Source: Patescibacteria group bacterium (lineage in GTDB: Bacteria; Patescibacteriota; Saccharimonadia; Saccharimonadales; Saccharimonadaceae). From it: DNA of 64,000 nt. A program made the position numbers and the translations under genes. Positions 15,458 to 24,207 of the stretch are shown in pieces. The DNA lies in NCBI GenBank assembly GCA_004322265.1, contig SCSZ01000031.1:13148-77147 (forward strand). Reading direction: 5' to 3'. The notes below the pieces were generated by a model. That model did not search any database. It saw nothing but the letters and a program-made list of their open reading frames with translations, and had not been told where the DNA came from. Within the stretch, counting starts at the first letter, position 1. Each line of letters opens with the position of its first letter.

Positions 15458-15994
15458 ATGGACGTTGATCCAAAACCACTCGATCCAACACCAAACACTT
15501 CAGATGAACCAGTAACACCGATTGCGGATATAAAACCTCCGCTTGGCGACAGCACCTCGCCTGTTAACTCCTCGAGTCCTATCGGTTCGGAAGCTATGGA
15601 TGAGCCTGCAAAATCTGAAAGTGGTCCACTAACGCCACCTTCATTCGTCAGTCGTTCTGATGTGCCAGCAAAAAAATCACGTCGAGGCGTCATCGGCGGC
15701 ATTGTTATCGTTATTATCCTGATCATTGTTGGTCTCGCTTGGTATGTATTTTACGGTGTGCCTGCACCAAAGAAAGTCTCAACAGCTACTACAACGTCAT
15801 CATCAACTGAATCGACCATCGCTCCTGCTACGTCAGCAACCAACGATGCGACTATCACAAGTGCAGTTGACTCACTCAGCACAAGTGCAACGGATGAAGC
15901 AACGGCTGCCGGAACCGACGACAGTAGTTCTGCGACGGATGCGAGCACGACAGCAGGTAATGTAGGAGACAGCGTCAATGCAAACAATTTCTAA
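15458..15994 (+). CDS. Low-complexity Ser/Thr/Ala/Asp-rich membrane-anchored protein (178 aa)
   Basis: Central TM (VIGGIVIVIILIIVGLAWYVFYG) flanked by Pro/Ser-rich and Thr/Ser/Ala-rich segments. Confidence 0.55.
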   Translation: MDVDPKPLDPTPNTSDEPVTPIADIKPPLGDSTSPVNSSSPIGSEAMDEPAKSESGPLTPPSFVSRSDVPAKKSRRGVIGGIVIVIILIIVGLAWYVFYGVPAPKKVSTATTTSSSTESTIAPATSATNDATITSAVDSLSTSATDEATAAGTDDSSSATDASTTAGNVGDSVNANNF

Positions 15995-16835
15995 TTCACT
16001 AAAAGCCGTAGCACTATCAGCACTTTCGCTACTACTTGGTTTATTTACAGTTATCCCAGCCTTTGCGGTTGAAGCGACCGATAAGACATCGACTGAACCA
16101 AATAGCTCAACAACTAGAGCGGTTGCAGGTGCGGCAATATGTTCTCGTATTACAACGCTATCAACGTCTGGCAAAGAGGCGCTGTCATCAAAGCAGTCAG
16201 CACTCCAAACAGACTTTTCTAAGCGTTTGACAAACGTATCAACCAGACAAGCCAATGTTGATACACAGGTTGCAGCGGATCGAGCTAAGGCTACTACTAA
16301 ATTTGATGACATCATCAAGAGTCTTGAGGCAGAAGCCGGCTTAACAACGGATCAGCTAGCAGCAATCAACACATACCAAATAGCAGTTAAGGCAGCGCAA
16401 TCAACGCGTCAGACTGCTGTTGACGGGGCCCGTGCGACGTATAGGACAGCTCTTGCAACACAGATCGCAACCCAGCAACAGAAGCTTTCAACGGCAGTAA
16501 CAACGTACCAGACAGCTGTAACAGCAGCATTTGCAACTGCAATCGCCAATTGTACCGATGCTAACGGTGCAGCCACACTCGCAACACTCAAGGCATCAGT
16601 TCAAGCAGCGCGAGCAACGCTCGAAGCAGCTAGGACTCCAGATGCATCAAAGACGGCTATCAAGGCACTTGCCGCAACTCGCGACGCTGCAATCAAAGCT
16701 GCCGACGAGACATTCGTTAAGACACTCCAGACGTTAACGGCAACACTAAAAACAGCTCTCAAAGTAACCGACACGACTACGAGTACGACGCCCGCAACAA
16801 CTCCTAGTGCAACGACGCCTTCAACAAAGAACTAG
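15978..16835 (+). CDS. Secreted Ala/Thr/Gln-rich helical repeat protein (285 aa)
   Basis: Signal peptide ending in PAFA-VE. Recurrent xTYQxAV motifs about 22 residues apart. Thr/Pro-rich tail. Confidence 0.65.
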   Translation: MQTISNSLKAVALSALSLLLGLFTVIPAFAVEATDKTSTEPNSSTTRAVAGAAICSRITTLSTSGKEALSSKQSALQTDFSKRLTNVSTRQANVDTQVAADRAKATTKFDDIIKSLEAEAGLTTDQLAAINTYQIAVKAAQSTRQTAVDGARATYRTALATQIATQQQKLSTAVTTYQTAVTAAFATAIANCTDANGAATLATLKASVQAARATLEAARTPDASKTAIKALAATRDAAIKAADETFVKTLQTLTATLKTALKVTDTTTSTTPATTPSATTPSTKN

Positions 16836-17494
16836 TTCGTAATAATCCTGTAGAGTGCGTCTGCGAGCACAAATTGAGATGGCTGATCTAGATGACAGCC
16901 GTCTTCGCCTGTTTTGGTGATCGGTCCTGAGTCTAAGAATAGACAGTCAATATCTTTTGCAATAATCTCTATATACTGAGCGAGATCATGCGATTTCTGA
17001 ACCGAGGTCTCATCATATATGTTAGCCGTTGGCATACTATCAATGAAGTGAAGCGCGGTATTATCCATATACGGGGGGCTAACCAAGATGATCTTTGGTT
17101 CTGCTATAGACTTGGTTTTGCAGAAAGTTTTAATGTATTCAGGATATTGACTGAGCGCCTTGGCGATATCTTGCGCAGAACGGTTGTAGACAGTTTTAAA
17201 GTCATTCGTACCAAGCATGATAATGATGAAATCGAGCGGTAGGTGGCTTTCAAGACATGCTTTGAAGTAAGTAAAACCATTGCGATTGGGCTTGTTAGGG
17301 TTTGGATGGTCCAAATCTGTAGTGCGTCCGCCGAGACCTTCTTCAATGACATAATAGTTATCACCAAGGTGAGTTTGTAATATACCGGTCCATCGTTCAT
17401 TAGCCACAAAGCGACCGCTGCGATCTGGCTTTTGGCCATATGTGTTTGATGCACCGTAACATAAAATCGTTTGAGCTTTAGGGTTCGTGTTCAT
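16832..17494 (-). CDS. SGNH/GDSL-family hydrolase (220 aa)
   Basis: Block I ILCYGASNTYG, block II GLGGRTT, block III MLGTNDF, block V DGCHLD. Confidence 0.8.
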   Translation of the reverse strand: MNTNPKAQTILCYGASNTYGQKPDRSGRFVANERWTGILQTHLGDNYYVIEEGLGGRTTDLDHPNPNKPNRNGFTYFKACLESHLPLDFIIIMLGTNDFKTVYNRSAQDIAKALSQYPEYIKTFCKTKSIAEPKIILVSPPYMDNTALHFIDSMPTANIYDETSVQKSHDLAQYIEIIAKDIDCLFLDSGPITKTGEDGCHLDQPSQFVLADALYRIITN

Positions 17495-17734
17495 GTGCTT
17501 ATGATAGCAAATTTGTATGCGCCCAAAGAAAAAGAAGTGTATTAATTTGCTTATTAAGCATTACCTTGATAGTATTACCGTAGGTACCATGTTCATGATG
17601 AGAGTAGATTAGTGATGTATACCTAATCTTAGTATCTCCCGTTAACATATCACTCAACCTTCTATACTTTTTCTGGTTGGAATTGATGCACAGAGATTCA
17701 CTCAGGGCATTTAACCAGTAAATAGAGGGCAGTT

Positions 17735-18679
17735 ATGAGAAGACTCATCAGTACTAAGTTTAAGAGCGGCATTTTTATTGCCGTCAGTGTTTTTGTTATT
17801 AGTTTTATTGTCATTCCAAGCCCGACAACTCGTGCCGCACAAGCAACAATTGACCTAGGAGCTGCTGCATCGTTTGCTATTCTCTCTGGTACGCCGAACA
17901 TTACTGACGCGGGAAATACATCGGTCATTAATGGCGATGTCGGCCTTAGTCCTGCGACTGGAGCTGGTATTGGTCTTTTATGTTCACAAGTAACTGGCAC
18001 AATTTACTCTGTCGATGCTACTGGGCCATTGCCGTGTCGGGTAACAAACGGTCCGTTGCTTGTTATTGCGAAGAACAACCTCACTAATGCATACACGACT
18101 GCCGCCAATAGAATACCCGTTACAACGGTTCCTACTGAACTAGGTGGTACAACGCTGGTCTCTGGCGTTTATAGTGCAGCCTCGACAACCTTTGGTATTA
18201 CAGCTGGTGCGGGGGCTTTGACGCTGAATGGCCAAGGCGACCCTTCCTCTGTTTTTATATTTGAAGCGGGCTTTAGCGGTACAGGACTAAATGTTGGACC
18301 AGGCAGTACAGTATCGTTAATTAATGGCGCTCAGGCTTGTAACGTTTTCTGGCGTGTAGATACCGCCAGTATTAACACGACCGCGAGCTTTGTCGGTAGT
18401 GTTTTGGCGCTAAACTCAATCTCCGTAACAAACGGAGCAACAATCAACGGTCGACTGCTTGCGCGTAATGGCTCTGTAACTCTTGTTAACGATACGATTA
18501 CGACGCCGATATGTGCAGGAAATGACTCGAGTAACAATACTCCAGTTTCGACTCCGACTCCAAGCTTCCCTAATACAGGAATATTCTCGGGACTAAACCT
18601 AGTAGTAATTGCACCGCTTGTGGTTCTTGCTACATTATTTGTGCTTGCAGTTATTGCTCGTAAAAAACATCTACTATAA
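17735..18679 (+). CDS. DUF3494 (ice-binding-like beta-helix) surface protein with a sortase sorting signal (314 aa)
   Basis: Signal peptide, then LGAAASFAILSGTPNITDAGNTSVINGDVGLSP, which is the DUF3494 signature. C-terminal FPNTG, hydrophobic helix and RKKHLL tail. Confidence 0.8.
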   Translation: MRRLISTKFKSGIFIAVSVFVISFIVIPSPTTRAAQATIDLGAAASFAILSGTPNITDAGNTSVINGDVGLSPATGAGIGLLCSQVTGTIYSVDATGPLPCRVTNGPLLVIAKNNLTNAYTTAANRIPVTTVPTELGGTTLVSGVYSAASTTFGITAGAGALTLNGQGDPSSVFIFEAGFSGTGLNVGPGSTVSLINGAQACNVFWRVDTASINTTASFVGSVLALNSISVTNGATINGRLLARNGSVTLVNDTITTPICAGNDSSNNTPVSTPTPSFPNTGIFSGLNLVVIAPLVVLATLFVLAVIARKKHLL

Positions 18680-18692
18680 AAAAGGACGTAGT

Positions 18693-19343
18693 ATGCTCAG
18701 GCAGCGTACTCAGTTATCAACTCAATCAAAGTTACGCCGACTATTCATTGTTATTGGCGTCCCGCTCGGATCAATGTGTCTCACGTTCGTGATACTTTAT
18801 ATATTTTTCCCACGCCAATCGCCCCCCGTTGTAGTTAATAGTACCCTCATAATACATACCAAGACCACATCAACGATTACTGTTCCTATAGCTGGTCCAC
18901 CCGTTCGTTTACAAATTGTCCCTATTGGTATTGATACAGTAATCAATCCAGTTGGACTTACCAATAACGGAGCAATGGACATAAGCGAAAATCCTGACCA
19001 GGTTGCATGGTATAAACTTGGAGCTATTCCTGGACAAGTTGGGAGTGCGGTTATTGCAGGTCATTATGGATGGCAACAGGATGGACATGGTGCGATTTTC
19101 AATAATCTCAACAAACTTAAACCTGGAGATACAGTAGCTGTATACGATGCCTCGGGTATTGAAACAGATTTTACTGTTCGAGCAACTCGGCTTTATGATC
19201 CTTCTGCCGACGCAAGTGAGGTGTTCGATGCGAATAACGGAAAGGTTCAACTGAATCTTATTACTTGTCAGGGAACGTGGGTTAATGCGACGGATAGTTA
19301 CTCTGAAAGATTGGTTGTTTTTACAGAATTAAAGCAAAAATAA
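18693..19343 (+). CDS. Sortase family transpeptidase (216 aa)
   Basis: AAGGA SD upstream, N-terminal TM, catalytic-type AGHYG His and LNLITCQG Cys motifs. Immediately downstream of its likely substrate. Confidence 0.8.
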   Translation: MLRQRTQLSTQSKLRRLFIVIGVPLGSMCLTFVILYIFFPRQSPPVVVNSTLIIHTKTTSTITVPIAGPPVRLQIVPIGIDTVINPVGLTNNGAMDISENPDQVAWYKLGAIPGQVGSAVIAGHYGWQQDGHGAIFNNLNKLKPGDTVAVYDASGIETDFTVRATRLYDPSADASEVFDANNGKVQLNLITCQGTWVNATDSYSERLVVFTELKQK

Positions 19344-19377
19344 AATAGACTCTTTCGAGCCTATTCAAGGAAACTAT

Positions 19378-19454
19378 TGGTAGTAGCGACAGGGATCGAA
19401 CCTGTGACCTTAGGCTTATGAGTCCTACGCTCTAACCAACTGAGCTACGCTACC
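19378..19454 (-). tRNA. tRNA with CAT anticodon (elongator Met or Ile2/lysidine type)
   Basis: Reverse complement is GGTAGCGTAGCTCAGTTGGTTAGAGCGTAGGACTCATAAGCCTAAGGTCACAGGTTCGATCCCTGTCGCTACTACCA. Full cloverleaf, loop CTCATAA. Confidence 0.85.
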
Positions 19455-19463
19455 GTAGGGTTG

Positions 19464-19472
19464 ATTGTAGCA
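19464..19472 (-). promoter_or_regulatory. Extended -10 (TGCTACAAT) for the minus-strand tRNA
   Basis: The reverse complement of 19464-19472 is TGCTACAAT, 9 nt upstream of the tRNA 5' end. Confidence 0.5.
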
Positions 19473-19505
19473 AAGAATCGATGGGTTTTCCAGAGGTAAC
19501 CGTGG

Positions 19506-19514
19506 TGCTATAAT
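19506..19514 (+). promoter_or_regulatory. Extended -10 (TGCTATAAT) that would drive a ~200-nt leader plus the small ORF-dinB operon
   Basis: Consensus TGnTATAAT. The same 9-mer precedes several other genes in the window (6545, 43431, 52905). Confidence 0.45.
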
Positions 19515-19720
19515 AAGATTACTTCCACGCGATACTCACTGGCACTAGCTAAGCGTCCCTCGCGAACGGATCATTCATTCATCGTCTTCGGATTCTCGTT
19601 AGAAACGGACAAGAGTACGGACGATATAATCCAAACGTTTCTCTAATATTTAATCCGCCTAGTACAAGAGCCAAGCTCAAGCTTTAGGGGGAGGAGTGAA
19701 CTTTTGAATTCACTTCAAAA

Positions 19721-20023
19721 ATGAAACAGAGGGACAAGTCCCTCCTGGAGAAAATCATGAATGATGAAACTTTTTTGAATGAACGTGTTGATGTGGTCGC
19801 GGTGTTTGGTGAAGGTCTGAATCCCTGTCGACCGATACGGTTTAGACGACCGAACGGACGAGAGATCGAAGTGAGCGAAATTGGCCTAAGACATCCCAGC
19901 ACTCAGGGTAAGCGAATGGTGCATGTGTTTGATGTAACGGATGGCGGCGCAGATTATCGCCTGGAATTCGATAGCGAACGACTCACCTGGCATCTCAAAA
20001 TGGAGTCAGACCATTATGAATGA
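19721..20023 (+). CDS. Hypothetical protein (100 aa) translationally coupled to dinB
   Basis: ATG ORF whose stop overlaps the dinB start (ATGAATGA at 20016-20023). No recognisable family and no S24 peptidase motifs. Confidence 0.55.
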   Translation: MKQRDKSLLEKIMNDETFLNERVDVVAVFGEGLNPCRPIRFRRPNGREIEVSEIGLRHPSTQGKRMVHVFDVTDGGADYRLEFDSERLTWHLKMESDHYE

Positions 20024-21245
20024 GTTTAATACCGAGAGACCGCTGATTATGCACATCGATCTGAACAGCTGTTTTGCAACGGTTGAACAACAGGCTCGTC
20101 CGATGTTACGAGGTAGGCCTGTTGCAATTGTGAATCGTCGGACGGACACAACGGCAATTGTAACCGCCAGTTATGAGGCTAAGGCACTTGGTGTGAAAGT
20201 CGGCATGAAACTTCGCGAAGCGAGGCAGCTATGTCCAGATATTATTGGTCTTGAAAGCGATCCTGCGAAATATCGTTTTGTGTATCATAAACTACTCGAT
20301 ATCATGCACGACTATTCGGCCCATGTAACGATGAAGAGTATCGACGAGGGCGTGGTTGACTTTCACGACACAACGGCCGTAATCCAGGGTCGGAACCTGG
20401 AGGACGTAGGTATTGAGATCAAACAGCGGTTGAAGGACGAGATTGGCATTTGGATGCGCTGTAATGTCGGCATTAGCACTAATCTATTCCTGGCAAAAAC
20501 TGCCGCAGGACTTCATAAACCTGATGGACTCGATATCATTACGCCAGATAATCTGAAGGAAGTTTTGAGAACACTCAAGTTAACAGATCTTACTGGTATT
20601 GCAGGGCGAAATGAAAAACGACTGGGCAGTGTGGGGATTTTCACTCCCCTAGACTTTTTGGATGCCGATGTCGCAACGCTACAAAAAGTTGTCTTTAAAA
20701 GCGTCGTGGGACAGTGGTGGCATAAACGACTGCGCGGCTGGGAGGTTGATGACGTCGAGAGTGCGGTCAAACGCGTCGGGCGGCAGTATGTGTTAGAAAG
20801 TTTTGATCTTTCGTACGATCAAATCCTACAGCGACTACATCATCTGTGTGAATCGGTCGGCAGTCGGATGCGTGGCCAGAATAAAGCTGCTCGGGGGATC
20901 TACGTGTATGGCAAAACGCTTGAGCGTACTTATTGGCACGCTAGTAGCATGTCTCAGGTTGCGTTCTGTAGTGATCAGACGATTTACTCGCAGGCTCAGC
21001 GCCTTTTTGAACATGCTCCTATGGGCCTAAAGGAGATCGGTATTCACTGCTATGAACTTGAGGATATTGACGATCCACAACTGAGTCTGTTTAAGGATCA
21101 AATCGTTCGTGAGCGTCAGATTACAGGCGCAATTGATGATATTAATAAACAATTTGGCGAACGAACGATTCACTCAGCAGACACCCTAGGGACGGGCATT
21201 TACGTCAAGCAGAAAGTACCATTTGGCAGCACGCGCTATCTGTAG
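20016..21245 (+). CDS. dinB: Y-family DNA polymerase (Pol IV-like, 409 aa)
   Basis: IMHIDLNSCFATVEQ (first catalytic Asp), KSIDEGVVDF (Asp-Glu pair) and the helix-hairpin-helix region LTDLTGIAGR. Confidence 0.85.
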   Translation: MNEFNTERPLIMHIDLNSCFATVEQQARPMLRGRPVAIVNRRTDTTAIVTASYEAKALGVKVGMKLREARQLCPDIIGLESDPAKYRFVYHKLLDIMHDYSAHVTMKSIDEGVVDFHDTTAVIQGRNLEDVGIEIKQRLKDEIGIWMRCNVGISTNLFLAKTAAGLHKPDGLDIITPDNLKEVLRTLKLTDLTGIAGRNEKRLGSVGIFTPLDFLDADVATLQKVVFKSVVGQWWHKRLRGWEVDDVESAVKRVGRQYVLESFDLSYDQILQRLHHLCESVGSRMRGQNKAARGIYVYGKTLERTYWHASSMSQVAFCSDQTIYSQAQRLFEHAPMGLKEIGIHCYELEDIDDPQLSLFKDQIVRERQITGAIDDINKQFGERTIHSADTLGTGIYVKQKVPFGSTRYL

Positions 21246-21261
21246 AGCGTATACTAAATAT

Positions 21262-21435
21262 ATGAATAAAATGATCATTATTACTTCTGCAACAATCGTG
21301 GGCCTTCTTGGGGGAGCAGTGCCATTTTTGTTTGGGGATACTGATCCCTTTAGCGGCTGGAGTATTCTAGCTGGCACTATTGGCGGCTTTGTTGGCATTT
21401 GGCTGGGAGTAGTTATCTCGAATCGAGTGAGCTAG
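21262..21435 (+). CDS. Small two-TM membrane protein, GlsB/YeaQ/YmgE-like (57 aa)
   Basis: MNKMIIITSATIVGLLGGAVPF...GTIGGFVGIWLGVVIS, with the Gly-rich helices typical of that family. Confidence 0.45.
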   Translation: MNKMIIITSATIVGLLGGAVPFLFGDTDPFSGWSILAGTIGGFVGIWLGVVISNRVS

Positions 21436-21443
21436 TAGTGGCT

Positions 21444-22274
21444 ATGAAATATGTCGTGGCGGTGAGTGGTGGTGTTGATTCAGTTGTTTTGCTCCATAAA
21501 TTTACTAGACATCCAGAACTTGAAATTATCGTAGCGCACTTTGATCATGGTATTCGTGATGACTCGGCTGAGGATGCACGATTTGTGCAGGAGCTAGCCA
21601 GGGACTATGGACTGCCATTTGAGACCAAACGAGAAGAGCTGGGTAAGGGGGCGAGTGAAGAGCAGGCAAGGGATCGTCGCTACGAGTTTTTGCGCTTTGT
21701 GGCAGACAAATATAGTGCGAGACTTGTAACCGCACACCACGCTGATGATGCGGTTGAAACGGTAGCGATTAACGTTACGCGCGGAACTGGCTGGCGAGGG
21801 CTGGCGGTTCTTGACTCCGATGTTGCTCGGCCACTGCTCGATATGAGCAAACAAGAGATTCTTGACTATGCAAAGCGACACAATCTGAAGTGGCATGAGG
21901 ACAGCACCAACGCGAGCGATGCGTATCTTCGTAATCGCATTAGGCGTAAAACTAGCAGTCTTTCGACTGATGAAAAGCGACAAATACTAGGCCTTCGTGC
22001 TCATCAAATCGCCTCAAAGAAAGCAATCGACAGTGAAGTCCGTAAACTTGTTGGTGATGGTCCGACCTACAGTCGTTATTTCTTTATTCACGCAGAGAAC
22101 AGCACCGCAATTGAATGTTTACGTTATGTTAGCCAGGCGCATTTAACGCGTCCACAACTCGAACGTGCGCTACTTGCTATTAAGACCAGTAAAGCAGGCA
22201 GTATCTACGAGGCGGGTTCGGGTGTACAAATTCGCTTCACCTCTCGTAATTTTACTGTTGAGCTGATAAAATAA
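21444..22274 (+). CDS. tilS: tRNA(Ile)-lysidine synthase, short form (276 aa)
   Basis: PP-loop VAVSGGVDSVVLL, then HFDHGIR and TAHHADD. Lacks the long C-terminal domain found in many TilS proteins. Confidence 0.8.
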   Translation: MKYVVAVSGGVDSVVLLHKFTRHPELEIIVAHFDHGIRDDSAEDARFVQELARDYGLPFETKREELGKGASEEQARDRRYEFLRFVADKYSARLVTAHHADDAVETVAINVTRGTGWRGLAVLDSDVARPLLDMSKQEILDYAKRHNLKWHEDSTNASDAYLRNRIRRKTSSLSTDEKRQILGLRAHQIASKKAIDSEVRKLVGDGPTYSRYFFIHAENSTAIECLRYVSQAHLTRPQLERALLAIKTSKAGSIYEAGSGVQIRFTSRNFTVELIK

Positions 22275-22326
22275 GAGTTAGTTGACACGTCTATTACTGC
22301 AAAACGAAAGGCACAGATAATTTTTT

Positions 22327-24189
22327 ATGGCACTTAAATCTCCGATATCCCCCAAGAAACCTAGCAACCTGATTCGCCTCAGTTTGTTTTGGGCAATTTT
22401 AGTATTTGGCATTCTGGCATTTGTTGCCATTACTTCGCCACACGATAACCTCAAGGAAGTCTCTATTTCAGAGGTGGTTAGCAAAGCGAACGCTGGTGAA
22501 ATTACCAAGATTGAAATCCAGGGAAATGATATGAAAATCACACCAAAGGGTAGTGATGTACCGACCGAAAAGTCGACCAAAGAGTCAACCACGAGTATTT
22601 ACGATCAAGGACTCAATAAGGACGCCAAGACTGAAGTGGATATCATTCCGCCATCGACAACCGGCGACACTATCTGGAACCTTGCGATCATTATTATCCC
22701 AGTAATCCTAATCGCTGGATTCTTTATGTTTATGATGCGTCAGGCTCAGGGCCAGAACAACCAAGCACTCGGCTTTGGTAAGTCAAAGGCGAAACTATAC
22801 GGCCAAGATAAAGGCCGTGTTGTGTTTGATGATATCGCCGGTAATGATTCAGCTAAACAAGATCTCGAAGAAGTTGTCGATTTTCTTAAACACCCCAAGA
22901 AATATGAAGCTCTTGGAGCCAAGATTCCAAAGGGCGTTCTACTTGTCGGTAGCCCAGGAACTGGTAAGACTATGCTAGCGCGCGCCGTTGCCGGTGAAGC
23001 GAACGTACCGTTCTTCTCGATTAGTGGTTCAGAATTTGTTGAGATGTTCGTGGGTGTTGGTGCCTCACGTGTTCGTGATTTATTTACGAAAGCAAAGAAA
23101 AACGCGCCAGCCATCATCTTTATTGATGAGATTGATGCTGTCGGACGAAAGCGTGGTAGCGGTATGGGCGGTGGTCACGACGAACGTGAGCAAACGCTTA
23201 ACCAAATTCTTGTCGAGATGGACGGATTTGAGACAGGCACAAACGTAATTGTCCTGGCTGCAACTAACCGTGCTGATGTGCTTGATCCAGCACTACTTCG
23301 TCCAGGCCGTTTTGATCGTCGTACGAATATCATGCTACCTGAGCGTAAGGACCGTGAAGCAATTTTGAAAGTCCACTTCAAGAAGAAGCCAGCTGATGAA
23401 ACAGTTAATCTTGACGCGTTAGCCGCTAAAACTGCGGGCTCGTCTGGGGCAGACCTTGCGAACATTGCCAACGAAGCGGCCATCGTTGCTGCTAGGCGTA
23501 ACGCCAAGAAAATCAGCAACAAAGATCTAACAGAAGCATTCGAAAAAGTCGCAATTGGTCCTGAGCGAAAAGCCAAGATCATGAACGAAAAAGAAAAGGA
23601 GATTACTGCCTATCACGAAGCAGGGCATGCCATTGTAGGCCACGTTCTACCTGATAGTGATCCTGTCCATAAAGTTACCATCATCCCTCGCGGTGGTACC
23701 GGTGGCGTTACCTGGTTCTTACCGCCGGAAGATAGTAGCTATACGAATGTTTACGAGTTCAAAGATATCCTGGCACGTGCGATGGGTGGTCGTATTGCTG
23801 AGGAAATTATGTACGGCAAGGATGGTATCACAACTGGGGCAGGTTCTGATCTACGTAAAGCAACCGAGATTGCCCGCGATATGGTAATCGAGCAAGGCAT
23901 GGGTACGAAGCTTCGCGACCAAGTATTCCACGACGATAATGGCGGTATGGTCTTTGATAAGATGACACACGATCGACCGTATGGCGAAGAGACTGCGAAG
24001 CAGATTGACATTGAAGTTCGTAACCTCGTTGAAGAAGCCAGAATTCGTGCTCGCGAAGTCTTGGTTCAAAACAAAAAGAGCCTTGATGCACTCGCAAAAG
24101 CACTTCTCAAAGAAGAAACACTTGAGGAGGATCGCGTTGTCGAATTGCTGAAAGATGCAACTTTACCTAAGGAGGCCAAGCTGTACTAA
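22327..24189 (+). CDS. ftsH: ATP-dependent zinc metalloprotease FtsH
   Basis: Two N-terminal TM helices, Walker A GSPGTGKT, Walker B IIFIDEID, zinc motif HEAGHA. Confidence 0.95.
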   Translation: MALKSPISPKKPSNLIRLSLFWAILVFGILAFVAITSPHDNLKEVSISEVVSKANAGEITKIEIQGNDMKITPKGSDVPTEKSTKESTTSIYDQGLNKDAKTEVDIIPPSTTGDTIWNLAIIIIPVILIAGFFMFMMRQAQGQNNQALGFGKSKAKLYGQDKGRVVFDDIAGNDSAKQDLEEVVDFLKHPKKYEALGAKIPKGVLLVGSPGTGKTMLARAVAGEANVPFFSISGSEFVEMFVGVGASRVRDLFTKAKKNAPAIIFIDEIDAVGRKRGSGMGGGHDEREQTLNQILVEMDGFETGTNVIVLAATNRADVLDPALLRPGRFDRRTNIMLPERKDREAILKVHFKKKPADETVNLDALAAKTAGSSGADLANIANEAAIVAARRNAKKISNKDLTEAFEKVAIGPERKAKIMNEKEKEITAYHEAGHAIVGHVLPDSDPVHKVTIIPRGGTGGVTWFLPPEDSSYTNVYEFKDILARAMGGRIAEEIMYGKDGITTGAGSDLRKATEIARDMVIEQGMGTKLRDQVFHDDNGGMVFDKMTHDRPYGEETAKQIDIEVRNLVEEARIRAREVLVQNKKSLDALAKALLKEETLEEDRVVELLKDATLPKEAKLY

Positions 24190-24207
24190 GCTTAGTGGTT
24201 ATCTTCT

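Noticed and set aside
15726-16318. Overlapping ORFs in alternative frames and strands across the Thr/Ser/Ala-rich genes
   Set aside because: The low-complexity GC-rich codon repeats keep several frames open. Only the frames with a TM helix or signal peptide and sensible gene boundaries were kept.
22746-23582. Antisense ORFs of 123 and 135 aa inside ftsH. Similar cases: 32359-32763 in dnaK, 12168-12632 in the Lpd-like gene, 58212-58646 in pilM and 34155-34406 in the PT linker of the CAP protein
   Set aside because: They lie entirely within well-supported genes on the opposite strand. Their composition is low-complexity and Ser/Arg/Ala-rich, typical of antisense frames, and they have no start context.
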